From assembly GCA_964019425.1 (NCBI GenBank), contig OZ025783.1:558001-622000 (forward strand): a stretch of 64,000 bases of DNA, in the 5' to 3' direction. Below, piece by piece: positions 11,446-23,800 of this stretch (the first letter of the stretch is position 1; each line of letters starts with the position of its first letter). The translations under genes and the position numbers were made by a program. The notes below the pieces were generated by a model that was not told where the DNA came from, ran no database searches, and was given only the letters and a program-made list of their open reading frames with translations. The stretch comes from Flectonema sp. DT1601 (taxonomy: Eukaryota).

Positions 11446-14400
11446 ATGTATATCAAAAGCATTTCGTTCGGAGGGTTTAAGTCGTACCGAGAGGGTAGTT
11501 TAGGAGGAGAGGAATTCAGTCCCATGGTAAACGCAATTGTCGGAAAGAATGGAAGTGGAAAATCGAACTTCTTTACAATGGTTCAGTTCGTATTAGGACA
11601 AGGAAGGTATCGTCAAATCAACGCAGCTGATAGAAAAACCTTGCTTCACGAAGGAACGGGTAAAATTATCTTCTCAGCATACGTCGAACTCATCCTCGAC
11701 AACTCTGATGGACGTCTCGTAATTGACAGCGATGCCAAGGAAGTAGCAATCAGACGTACTTTGAGTAGTAAGAAGGATCTTTATTCAGTTAACAACAAAA
11801 ACACGTCCCCTGCTGAGGTACACGCCTTACTAGAGGCTGCTGGGTTTGCTCCTTCAAACCCTTATAATATTGTAGAGCAGGGTAGGATTGCTGCTTTTGC
11901 AACAATGCAAGATTACGAACGATTCAACCTTCTGAAAGAGATTGCAGGAACTAAAGTATGTCCGCTGTTCGAGGATTTTTAATTGTAGTAATTGTATTGT
12001 CAGCATCTCAAACAATAAAACAAAACAGGTTTACGAAGTCCGTCGTGAGCAAAGTATGAAAGTACTAAAGCAGGCGGAATCTGATATGGTTCAAATTGAT
12101 GCAAACATAGCTGACATTGTAGGCAGGCTTGACGAACTTGGTGAGCAACGTGAAGAATACAAACTTTACCAGCAGTTGGAAAGAACTCAACGGTTTGTTA
12201 TTATTTTGGTTTTTGCACCGACGAAGTCGGAGAAGAAACTATTCAGGTTAGGAGCCGTTATTTATTATGTCATGTTATCTATTTCCCTGTGCGCCAGTAA
12301 AACTAGTTGCGATCAACACATATAAGGCTGCTTATCTATCTGAATGGTTTATTACGGAAATATTTAACAAAAAGTAATAAATAATCCAAACAGCTGTCTC
12401 CAGTATGCGATGCATAAACAGGCTGCTGATCAATCCATGTTACAGTTCAATGAAGTTGATGCAGAACTTAGCAAAAAAGGTTCTGGAGCACAGAGTGCTC
12501 ATGAAGCCCTTCAACAGAAGATTGCTGCACTGAAAGCATACGAAAAACAAACTTCAGCATTGAACGCGACGTTAATCCAATTAAAAAGACAAAAAGATTT
12601 AGTTATTCAAGAGAGAACTGGTTGGGTGACGAGGTACGCTAAAATCCAAGTAACTCGAAGCAACGTGTCGTCAGATTTAAAGTCGGAAGAAACAGCTAAG
12701 AAAAACGCAGAAAAGGCCATTCAGAAATTAGAAATGGAAGTCACAACCAAAGAGGAAGAGCTCTTGACTCGTGAAAAGGAACTGACTGAAAAAGAAGGAC
12801 AAGTCCACACAGACTTAGAGTCTCTTAATGAAGTTCAACAGAGAGTTGACTTACTTATTACAAAGAGAGGACGACACAATCAATTCTCTTCCAGGGCGGA
12901 GCGTGACGCGTGGCTTAAGAAGGAAATCTCAAGTCTGGAGTCGAATTTGTCGAAAATGAAGTCGGAGCACAGCCGACTTGAAACGGAAGCCACTTTCGAT
13001 ATTCCGACAAAAATTACTGAAAAAGAGAAACAGATTAAGGAAAAGAGAACCGCGCTCGTTGAGCAAGAAAAGAAGAGCGGCTATTCAAAGCAAAAAGGTA
13101 AAATAGAAAAATTGACAAAGGCGAGAGACGCTCTGGCTGATGAGCGACGTACTCTCTTCAGAGAGCAGTCTAAAGTACAGCAGCAGATTGATACCCACGG
13201 TGGGAGATTCTCATCTGCACAGCAGAAGTTGAATAAAACTATTCCGAGAGATATTAGAGCAGGTATGGCATCTGTGGCTGAAATCTTAAAATCTGAATCC
13301 ATTGAAGGAGTTCACGGATACGTATGCGATCTATTCACAGTCGATAAGTCTCTCCACACTGCTTGTGATGTCATGGCAGGCACATCCCTTTTTCATATTG
13401 TCGTTGAAACAAATCAAGTTGCTTCAAAGATTCTGAACGCTTTGAATGCCAAAGGCCTTCCAGGTAGACCTTCCTTTTATCCTTTGAATAGACTTAATAG
13501 TACTGCTAAGGAACTTCCAACAACTGAAGACAGTTTCCCTCTTTACTCAAAGTTATCATTTGATGACGAGTATAAAGCAGTCTTAGCTGACTTGTTTGGT
13601 AGAGTTCTGGTTTGTACCAATCTACAAGCAGCAGGTGCACACAGTAAGACACATAGCTGTCACTGTGTGTTACCAAATGGTGACAAGGTTGATAGTCGAG
13701 GTGGTATTTCAGGTGGGTTTAGAGATATACAGATTTCTAGAATTGGTGCCGCTGTTGACGTTAGGAAGTTAAAAGACGAAGGGACTTCACTTAGACAAGA
13801 GCTGACAACTCTCGTTCAAAAGGCGTCAGAGTTAGATCAGCAGATCTTATCAAAGAGAAGTAACTTGCAAACAGCAGAAACTTCTGTTGAAGAATACAAT
13901 CAACTTCGTGAGGGTGAAAGTTATGGAATTCGTGCATTTGAAAATGACATCAGAGAGTTAAAAGACACACTTCGGTTAGCAACGAAATCACTTTCTCAAC
14001 AGCAGTCGTACATCACAGGAACACAAACAGCTATTGACGCTATGACTAACGAATTAAAAACTGACATGGCTGAAAAACTCACGTCACAAGAAGCGAGTGA
14101 ATTGTCTTCCAAACAAACCAATCTTGACGAGCTCAAGAAGAACTTTTCTCACAAGTCTGCTGAGGTTGAGACTCTTCGTTCTAATGTAACAATTCTTCGT
14201 CAGCTTCTCAGTGAGAATTTAAATAAAAGAAAGCGACAGCTTCAAGACAAGATTTCAAACCTCACCAACCAGAATGCTCGCGACGTTGTTGATGATAAAA
14301 AGACAGGTCACGAAGCTGAACTCATGAAAAACAGAATTGAAAGCCTTGATCAGGAACTCACTGACGTCGAAAAACAACTCTACCTTGCTATTGAGGAAAA

Positions 14401-15510
14401 ATCGAAACAAAACGAAAAATCAGGTTTGTGTTCATTACTGCTCTCTTGTACTATTTTATTATAATCAATTCATTCATTCATTACGTATACAGTAATATCA
14501 TTCTACACATAACTAAATTACATAAACCAGGAAAAGAACGAGCTGAAGTCTCTCGTCTGAGTAAGCAACTCGGCAATGACCGGTCTGAGATGGATCAAAA
14601 GAAACGTCAAAGAGTACTACTGAATAACTCGTATGAACTGGCGATGGAACAGATTAGCAAACTCGGACCGCTACCGACAGGAGTAGAAGAGTACGAAGGA
14701 AAGAAGTTAAAAACACTTGAGAAAGATTTTAAGGACAACAAGGGAAAGATGAAAGGTTTGACTCACGTTAATAAGAAATCATATGATCAATACTCTCTGC
14801 TGAGTGACTCGAGAGAAACTCTTTCAAAGCAACGGGAGTGTAGACAGGGTGAAAAAGACACCCTCAAGAATCTAATTGAAGATTTAGACTCAAAGAAAGA
14901 TGAGGCTGTTCTGAGAACATTCCGTCAAGTGAAGTCTGGTTTTGCATCAAACTTTAAAGACTTAGTTTGTCATGAGGGAGCTAATGCTGAACTCGTTCTC
15001 CAAAAGGCAGACGATCTCAATTCTCCATCAAAAAAGAAATCGAAATCAAAACAAGCAGCTCGTGTTGATGAGTTTGTAGGAGTCGCAGTTCGAGTAAACT
15101 TCGGAGTTGGAGGTGGTGTTGGAGGAAGTGGTGATAAAGACTTGAGTAGACTTTCAGGTGGTCAGAAAACACTTGTGTCCCTCGCTTTGATCTTCGCTAT
15201 TCAGGGATGCGACCCGGCACCATTTTATTTGTTCGACGAAATTGACGCCGCACTCGATGCTGAGTATCGAAACAACGTCGCCCGTAAGATTCAAGCACTC
15301 AGTAAACACGCACAGTTCCTAATGGTTTCATTCAAACCTGAGATGGTTGACATAGCTGATAAACACTTTGCTATCACAAGTAAGAATAGAGTTTCAAAGC
15401 TCTCTAAGTGCACAGCTCAAGAAGCACAGAATGTCCTGACGATGTCCGACCCTGGCAAAGCAAAGCGCCCACGTGATGAGGATGAAGGTGACCTCACACA
15501 GGAATTGTAG
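11446..15510 (+). CDS. SMC3: Cohesin subunit SMC3; 4 exons, ~1227 aa
   Basis: MYIKSISFGGFKSY, Walker A GKNGSGKSNF, SNPYNIVEQG, hinge GDKVDSRGGISGGF, signature LSGGQKTL, QGCDPAPFYLFDEIDAALD. Exons 11446-11955, 12029-12192, 12394-14423, 14531-15510. Confidence 0.95.
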
Positions 15511-16224
15511 ATCAAAAAAGAGAGAAAAAAAAGAAAAAAAATACAATATTGGTTGGGATGTAGAACAGGCTTTTTAGCTTATAGATTTCAAATACTATTT
15601 TTTTTTCCTTTTCTATTTTGTTGTCCTTTCCCCGTATGGCTACTGCGTCAGTATAACGCAGTGCAACCCCCCAACCCGTCTCCTGGGTGGGAGGATTAGA
15701 TTTCAGTTTAAAAAATACTTCCCCTCCTCACCATTCCATTTTTATTTTAGTGATGGCCTTATTAGATGTTTTCTTTATTCTTAATTATAGAGCAGCTGTT
15801 CTTGCTCGAAAGAGGAAAACTGAAATAATAAGACAAGGAAGACAGACTTTAATTTCTTTGCTATCTCGGTAGTGATGGTTACATAGACCATTGATTTTGA
15901 TGGGCAAAAAGGAATAATTTTTTTTTTTTTTTTTGCAGTTTTTATCCGCAAACACTGTTAGTTTGTGACTCGCATTGCGGAAAAACTGCTTTATCGAATT
16001 CGTTCTACTAGAGTCCTTTTTATTTTATTTTATTTTATTTACCTTTTTTTTTTTTTTTTGTTGATACCACCGGCTCTCCTTCACCTAAGAAGATATATTT
16101 TCTTATTGTGTGCTGGTGATTGATTGCTTGTGGTGTACTGTTGAGCCTAGTGAACAGTTAAGGTGATATACTTTTAAGTTATATTTTCATATCAGCCTCC
16201 ACCCCTCGCTAACCTGCACAAGAC

Positions 16225-17377
16225 ATGCCGCCCACCAGGTGGTCATGTGAGGCCTGTGGTACTGTCAATAGGCCTCATGCAAGTGTTTGTGAAAGATGTA
16301 GTTCTCACTGTCCAATGGATGACACAGGTGTTTGGACCTGTCCAGACTGCACAACGAGAGTAAACGCGAGAATTTGTCCCTCCTGTCAACACAGACAACC
16401 TTTATCAAGCGAAGGAGTAGCGCAGATATTCGAAGGAATGAAATTTGTCTTCACTGGCATCATCCCAAAATCATTACCTCATTCTAGTGAGTGGAAGGAG
16501 TGGCAGCAGGCACTTCAAAGAGGAGCGCAGCCAATGAATGATCTCAGCTCAGAGATGACTCATTTGATTTATAAAGAAGGTTTTGAAAAGTCAGACAAGG
16601 TGCGAAAGTCTCAAAAACTTGGTCACAATATAAAAATAGTAGCCTCTGAGTGGTTTTACCAATCTATTGCTGTAGACGTTAAGCTAGATGAGAATCCGTA
16701 CACGTTGCACGGACCTCAGAAGAAGTTAGTGGCTGCAGCTGTGCAGGGACCCAGCAGAGATATCGCAACCGCATTTGCTTCTCAACTTCAGGAGATTGCA
16801 GGAAGCACAGATACTTCACAACCAGGTAACGGCAGTGTTAGGGTATCAAAGGCACTCACTGAGGACGGTGACTTCATGTGGTTGGTGCCTCCAAATCCTC
16901 CGAAGCCGCTATTTCAAGATTTCATTATGGCTTACTCTTCAAGCGTCAATCAGAAAATTATCGATCTCGCTGCCGGTTATTCCGCCAAAAGTGGTTCCCT
17001 CGAAACCGAAGCCACCTACTTCGTTGTTGCAAAACAAGATGAGGGGTATGTTGACTACCTATATTATCCAATGTTGGAAAGCAATTCACACAACCTTTTA
17101 CACTAAAAAAATAAAACAGCTCTCCGCAGGTTGAAACAGCACGCGAAAAGAAGATTAAACTGGTCCCTGTTGAATGGGTAAAACATTGTGTTCAGGTTTG
17201 TTTCCCTTTCTTATGGAAAGCGTTAGTTTCATTGAGTGCACACAGAATCTAGTCAGAGTTTCTTTTCCGACGTAGTAAAAAAGCGAAAAAAAAATAAAAT
17301 AATAATAACAGCTCCACGAGATATTACCAACCGTTGGCTGCTACAGTCTGGAGAATGATGCGGCACCTTCGCGGTAG
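16225..17377 (+). CDS. Protein with two RanBP2-like zinc fingers and two BRCT domains; 3 exons, ~320 aa
   Basis: WSCEACGTVN...CERC and WTCPDC...CPSC; BRCT1 IFEGMKFVFTG...THLI...IVASEWFYQS; BRCT2 LFQDF...TYFVV...LVPVEWVKHCV completed by exons 16225-17045, 17120-17195, 17312-17377. Confidence 0.8.
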
Positions 17378-18414
17378 TACTTTTCGCTAAAAGAGACGAG
17401 TTAAAGTTTGAAGGAGGGAATCGAACTGTAGATTTTAGAGAATCCCACTTGAGTCTTTGCGATAGAAACAAGCTCGTTGTTACCAACTGTCGATGAAAAT
17501 GTTCGGAAATCGAACTTGGCAATTGGCGCTGATTTCTCGTGTTGTGGCTGAAGCAATAACATGATAACAAGCAATTGGTAAATTTATTATTCTGAATTAG
17601 GTTCTTCTGATGCACATCTCTTCGCTTTTATCTCACGTGGCAGGAAAATATGTTTTCTGCTAGTCTGTAATTAGTTATGTCCGCTTTCAGTCTCTAATAG
17701 TTGTAGTTGGTATTTCCTTTTAATACGATTTCAGATATTCCGAAATAAGGAGAAAAGGATGTTCAAAAAAAAAAAAAAAAATAATAATAATAAAAATAAT
17801 TGATTATTAGTTGAGAGTTCAGTCTGAGCGATTTGGTTTGCGATATTATGTAGGAAAAAAAAAGGAAAAAAAAAAAAAAAGTTTTTTTGCGCACCGAATA
17901 CGTGTATAATAGAACCTCTCTTCTTGTTGTATATGTCAATCTTTCAGGGGGTGGGAAACGGGAATGAAAATTGAAAACAAAATAAAAAAAGAAGGAAGAA
18001 TAACAAGAACATCTGAACCACTTCCGATTCCGTGTTTTACGATTTTGAAATAGAGAAGATAAATGTTAAAATAATAAAGAAAGGTTTTGAATTTAAGAGG
18101 GAATAGGGGAGGGACTGAGAGAAACATTTAGTCTCCCTTTCAACAACTTCAGCACAAAAGCTAAATTATGTATTAAAGCGTTGTATTACCACTAAAATAG
18201 AGACTGGTTGTGCCTATTTCCCGTTCCCTGCTGTTCTTTTTTCTTTTCCCCCCCTTTTTTCTTTTTTTTTTTGCCCACCCCTGCTGCTTGACATTAGTAT
18301 GTCTGTTTACCGAGAACTTGGCAGTCGATTTTTTAATTTTTTTAGAAACTTTACTTTTCTTCTTTTTCTCCCCTTAAAATTACATGATAGCAGCTGACGA
18401 AACTTTTAAAATAT

Positions 18415-18445
18415 AACCAGAGAGGAACCAGAGAGGAACCAGAGG
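18415..18445 (+). repeat. Short tandem repeat of an 11-bp unit AACCAGAGAGG (about 2.8 copies)
   Basis: aaccagagagg aaccagagagg aaccagagg read directly. Confidence 0.8.
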
Positions 18446-18531
18446 TCTTAAAGCCCAACGATCAGCTTTCTAGTCGACACTTTCTTTTTTTTAAAATATA
18501 TTTTTTCATCATCAGGTATCAGATTAAATTG

Positions 18532-20460
18532 ATGGACTCACTGCTACCCGTAAAGCTCTCTATGAATAATGTGACTGAGGGAACCTGTCGTTGGAGGTTC
18601 TCTGATAAATTCAACCTGCATAGTAATTTTGAAAATGACAACACCGACGCTCTTCAACATTGCAAGGAGGTAGCTCTCGCAGCAGAAAATTTTATTCAAA
18701 ATAATAAATCTGAATTAGAAATATATGTTACGTCTTGTGGAAATGTCACATTTGGAGATCCTCTCTGCAGAGGCATGAACGTCGTCTTCGGTTCTAAAAA
18801 GTCAGATACGACTTCTATGAATGCGTCAAAGGTACTCCAATTGCAATTAGCGTGCGCTTCAATTGAGCAAACAATCACAGCAGTGTTGGGATATAAAGAC
18901 GGGAAAGGTCCGATACTGAGAGAGATGTTGTTGTCTACTCGAATGGAGGAATTAATACCTGAACCTGTAATGAACCACTTGCGACAATTATTGTTTCCCG
19001 AAGGAATGAATTTGAGAAACTTAGTATCACATGGATTCATTAGTAATCCGGAGAAGGCGTATGTGGCATTTCTCACTATTCTTGCAATTCAAATTCCTGG
19101 TTGGTGCGGGTTGGAGAGGGATGAAGTTCCTGTTTTTAACTTTTTATTTTCTGAGAACTTTCGAAATGAGTATTCAATCTTATTGAAAGGCTCGTCATCG
19201 ATCCTTTTTAGTAATAAAAATAACCCAAACCTACCTGAACCATTAGAGTCTGAAGAACAGTATTTAATGAGAGCGATTCCTGTGTTAGAACATCGACTCC
19301 GAATATTATTTTGTCGTGAAAACAGCGATTTCCTATTAAAAGATCACTCAAAAGCCTGCCATGGTCAATATTTCGCAACCCTAGATGGATATGGTCAACG
19401 ATCAAAGCATATTTTATTACTTCAACACAACTATCAAGAGACTGATGATAGTCGGGTGTTACCCAACAGATTAGTTCAGAAATTAGGACCTGGACTGCAC
19501 TCTATGCTGTTAGACTTATTTATGCAAGATGCAGGTCCGGGGATTCGATCGTTGGTTGCGCATGGCAGATGTAATTTATCAACGTTGTTTAGATCAACGT
19601 CAGATCCACGTGATGATAATATATTTAGTGTCGCGGTTTCAATAGTACTCTCGCTTGTTGACGATATCGAAGTTAGAGAATCACTATTGTGGGAATGGAT
19701 TGATCGGTACAACTGTCCTGGTTACTATCATCCGATAACACTTCTCTCTCGATCATTAAAATGTGCTGGAGAAGAGTTACAATTATTTAGTGAATTTATA
19801 AAATCGAAGTTCATCACCGTAACAGACGATACGTTGACTGTAAAGATGGCGTGTGAATCTCAACAAGATCCTAACGCTGTTTATACAATTAGAGATCTCG
19901 ATATTGGTAGAGTTCAGCCTGTTCCTGAGAGTAGAGACTTTCTTCAAACATGGGAAGGTTGGAATTACAGTTCCTCGTCGTCGGTAGAAGTAAAAGATTC
20001 ACAAATGGAAGTCGTGGTGAGATTGATAAAAAGATTTGATGAAATTTTCAACAAACCACTCCGTGATAATACGACAGAAGAAGTTAAAGTTGGACAAACT
20101 CATTCATTATGTCATCGTGACATCTGTGATCAGATTTCGTTACTGGTCCCAACACTTAAGAATAATATTATCAGTTTAGAGGCTTCGCTTCTATCTGGGA
20201 AGTTGCGGACTAGTAAGCGACGTGCATTTGCGTCGTCGATTCTGTTCCTCATCCCGACAGTCTTTTCGGTTTCATCTTTAGCTCTGAGATACGTTGAGCA
20301 AGTGAGTCTTTCTCCTGCTTCGGGTAGCCCAGTCGTCTCTGAAAAATTATTAAAACTTCTCATTCAGATGAAGGCTGCTGCTGAGAGTTCACTTCCTACT
20401 GACAAGCTGCTGCTATCGCTCACCACGTTTAAGAATTCAAAGTTGTGCAGCGGGTTATGA
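18532..20460 (+). CDS. ERMARD/C6orf70-like (DUF4209) protein
   Basis: GMNLRNLVSHGF and DAGPGIRSLVAHG match the two R-x4-HG motifs of ERMARD; LEHRLR..F and FATLD also present; first ATG 18532. Confidence 0.7.
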   Translation: MDSLLPVKLSMNNVTEGTCRWRFSDKFNLHSNFENDNTDALQHCKEVALAAENFIQNNKSELEIYVTSCGNVTFGDPLCRGMNVVFGSKKSDTTSMNASKVLQLQLACASIEQTITAVLGYKDGKGPILREMLLSTRMEELIPEPVMNHLRQLLFPEGMNLRNLVSHGFISNPEKAYVAFLTILAIQIPGWCGLERDEVPVFNFLFSENFRNEYSILLKGSSSILFSNKNNPNLPEPLESEEQYLMRAIPVLEHRLRILFCRENSDFLLKDHSKACHGQYFATLDGYGQRSKHILLLQHNYQETDDSRVLPNRLVQKLGPGLHSMLLDLFMQDAGPGIRSLVAHGRCNLSTLFRSTSDPRDDNIFSVAVSIVLSLVDDIEVRESLLWEWIDRYNCPGYYHPITLLSRSLKCAGEELQLFSEFIKSKFITVTDDTLTVKMACESQQDPNAVYTIRDLDIGRVQPVPESRDFLQTWEGWNYSSSSSVEVKDSQMEVVVRLIKRFDEIFNKPLRDNTTEEVKVGQTHSLCHRDICDQISLLVPTLKNNIISLEASLLSGKLRTSKRRAFASSILFLIPTVFSVSSLALRYVEQVSLSPASGSPVVSEKLLKLLIQMKAAAESSLPTDKLLLSLTTFKNSKLCSGL

Positions 20461-20803
20461 AGAGTTCTCGGGCTACCTCATTGTTATGGTCCTCTACTAC
20501 TGTACGCGATTACTCTCTTTTCAATTACAGCTGCACTTTTTGTTAGTTTTTTTTTTATTTCTTGTTCTTGTCATCCATCCTAGCCTTTATACTCTAGCGA
20601 GGATATATTTAATTAATCCTGCCGCTGATTAGCTTCTCTTCGTATAAATTAGTTGTTTTGAAAGTGAGTAAAAGATCCTTAATAACAACACTCTCTCACT
20701 CTCCAACAGTGTTATATCGTATGGAGGGAAGGTTATTATTGTACTAAAAAAATATGTTTAAAAAATTATTTTCACTTCCTTCCGACAGTCAACCGACTAT
20801 CAA

Positions 20804-23800
20804 ATGGGAGGCGGGATCTCCATTGAAGGAAATGACCGACACCGTGGGGTGGATACCAAATTCAGAGTCTGCATTGCAATCGATTTTGATCGAAGAAAAC
20901 ACAACGTCCGCTTCAATATTAAAACCAGTGGGAGACCTGACATAGATTCTTTAATGCGATTGGCTGAATGGCATTACAGCAGAGAAATGATGGCAATCGG
21001 AGGAAGAGGAAGGTTTATATGCGACCAAATTCAAGTGTACTCAAACTACACTAAAAGATGGACAGACTTAACAGATGCTTCAATGATTCCAAATGGAGGG
21101 CAGTTGTTTGTATTTCAACCTGTAAGTGGTTCTTATGATTCAGATCCAACACCATCTGCTATTCCTGATGCTATTGGAGAGGCTTCAGTAACATCATTAC
21201 GTCCTATTCACGTCGAGTACTCGCTGGAGCACAAATTACGAGCGGTATTTACGTCTGTTGATAAAACTGATAAAAAATATATTCTTCTCGGTGAGGTTCA
21301 CGACTACCTATCAAAGTGTCGCTCTCCATCAACAACAGATTTCGATTACACTGCGGTAGAGCGCTGGTTCTCAAGGCTTAACACTCGCGGAAATGGTCGC
21401 GTTACATACCAGCAGTGGGCTCGTTTTGGAGCAGATCACCCTCAGCTTGTGGATCTCTTATTTGATAGACCTCGTTCATCTGTGAACTCTGTCCCATCAC
21501 AGGTTTGGAATCAACTTGCTAAACAACATCAAAATTACGTTCTCAGACGCGACATTAGAGATGCTTTCATCAAATCGAATATCGACTGGGATCCGCACTC
21601 CGTTGGGCACTTGTTCGATGCTATCGATTCTGATTACAGCGGACACATCACATTTGATGAGTGGATGCGATTCGCTGACAGGAATCCATCGATAGTCTCA
21701 CGACTTCACAACACTGCTGATGTCTGGTCACGACTAACTCACGGCAAGTCGTATGCTCTGCGAAGGGATATCCGTGATGCCTTTATCAGGGCTGGTTTAT
21801 CGTGGGACTCGACAACTGTCGAACATCTCTTCGATGCTATCGATTCTGACTACAGCGGACACATCACATATGATGAGTGGATGCGATTCGCTGACAGGAA
21901 TCCGAACATCGTCTCTCGATTAGAGAGAGGTGACAGAACTATTACTTCACACCAACGCAGCGATCTCTGGTCGCAGTTGTCTGGAGGGAAGTCATACGCT
22001 CTGAGACGTGACATTAGAGATGTCTTTATGAAGTTAAATATCAAATGGGATTATCAAAATGTTGGTCATCTCTTCGATGCTATCGATTCTGACTACAGCG
22101 GACACATCACATATGATGAGTGGATGCGATTCGCTGATGGCCACCCTTCGTTGGTGCGAAGACTTGAACAACAACAATTAAATAATTCATATTCGGTTCG
22201 TGATGTTGATAAAGCTTTAATTACATCTTCATGGGGTAACTTAACGAGAGGAAGAGGTAACTATATTAATACCTCTCAGCTACTAAACTTGATGGGTGGA
22301 GCTGAACGTGATTACGTGGTTCGAACTTACCCAAGCGGAAAGGTGTACTGGGAAGATTGGTGGACGTTGTGCCACCTTTATCCTCAAGTACCAAATCAGG
22401 TAAGTGGTCAACAGTCACTTGGTGGAGGGTACTCACAATCTCATCCTCGTGACAGGGATCACAGTCAACTATCAAGTTCAGAGATAGAATTGGGATGGAA
22501 GAAGTACTCTCGCAGTAATCTTCTTTATCCAACTGAAGTGCCTCTTGCGCTCGGTCTTTCTTCAGTTGGGTTTAACTTTCCATCATCTCCTTTAACGTGG
22601 ACTGACTGGTGGGATTTCGCCCACACGTATGTTCCCCGTTCTGATACCTGGTCTCAGTTGACTCACGGCAAGTCGTATGCTCTGCGAAGGGATATCCGTG
22701 ATGCCTTTATCAGGGCTGATCTGTCGTGGGACTCGATGACTGTTGGGCACCTGTTCGATGCTATCGATTCTGATTACAGCGGACACATCACATATGATGA
22801 GTGGATGCGATTCGCTGACAGGAATCCGAACATCGTCTCTCGATTAGAGCGGACTGCATCCAGTCCATCGAGAAGTTACTCGCGCACTGATTCTTCACTG
22901 TGGTCACAACTGACTCACGGCAAGTCGTATGCTCTGCGAAGGGACATCCGTGATGCCTTCATTAGGGCTAATCTGTCGTGGGACTCGATGACTGTTGGAC
23001 ACTTGTTCGATGCTATCGATTCTGATTACAGCGGACACATCACATATGATGAGTGGATGCGATTCGCTGACAGGAACCAATCAATAATATCCAGACTGGA
23101 AAGAGGTGACAGGGGACTAGATACAGGGAGGTACCACCACGACTCTTCCCGAACACAGATTCGAACTCCGGGTGACGTTTGGTCGCAGCTAACGAAAGGA
23201 AAGTCATACGCTCAGAGAAGAGATATCCGTGATGCCTTTATTAAGTCTGGGTTAGAATGGGATCAGCTTACTGTTGGGCACTTGTTCGATGCTATCGATT
23301 CTGACTACAGCGGACACATCACATATGATGAGTGGATGCGATTCGCTGACAGGAATCCGAACATCGTCTCTCGATTAGAGCGGACTGCATCCAGTCCATC
23401 GAGAAGTTACTCGCGCACTGATTCTTCACTGTGGTCACAACTGACTCACGGCAAGTCGTATGCTCTGCGAAGAGACATCCGTGATGCCTTCATTAGGGCT
23501 AATCTGTCGTGGGACTCGATGACTGTTGGACACTTGTTCGATGCTATCGATTCTGACTACAGCGGACGCATTACATATGATGAGTGGATGCGATTCGCTG
23601 ACAGGAACCCATCGTTAGTCTCACAGTTAGAGAGAGGAGCTGTTTCATCTCCGAGACGCTCTTTCGGGGAAAGTGTTTCCAGAGATGCGCACACAACACG
23701 GAGCTTGTGGTCACAGCTAACTCACGGCAAGTCGTATGCTCTGCGAAGAGACATCCGTGATGCCTTTATCAGGGCTGATCTGTCGTGGGACTCGATGACT

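Noticed and set aside
4926..15510. Kinesin and SMC3 appear as several broken ORFs (frameshifts or pseudogenes?)
   Set aside because: GT-AG introns restore continuous full-length frames in both
15642..15662. Perfect 7-bp hairpin ACTGCGT-CAGTATA-ACGCAGT after SMC3, IRE-like loop
   Set aside because: Lacks the CAGUGH loop and C bulge; single copy, plausible by chance
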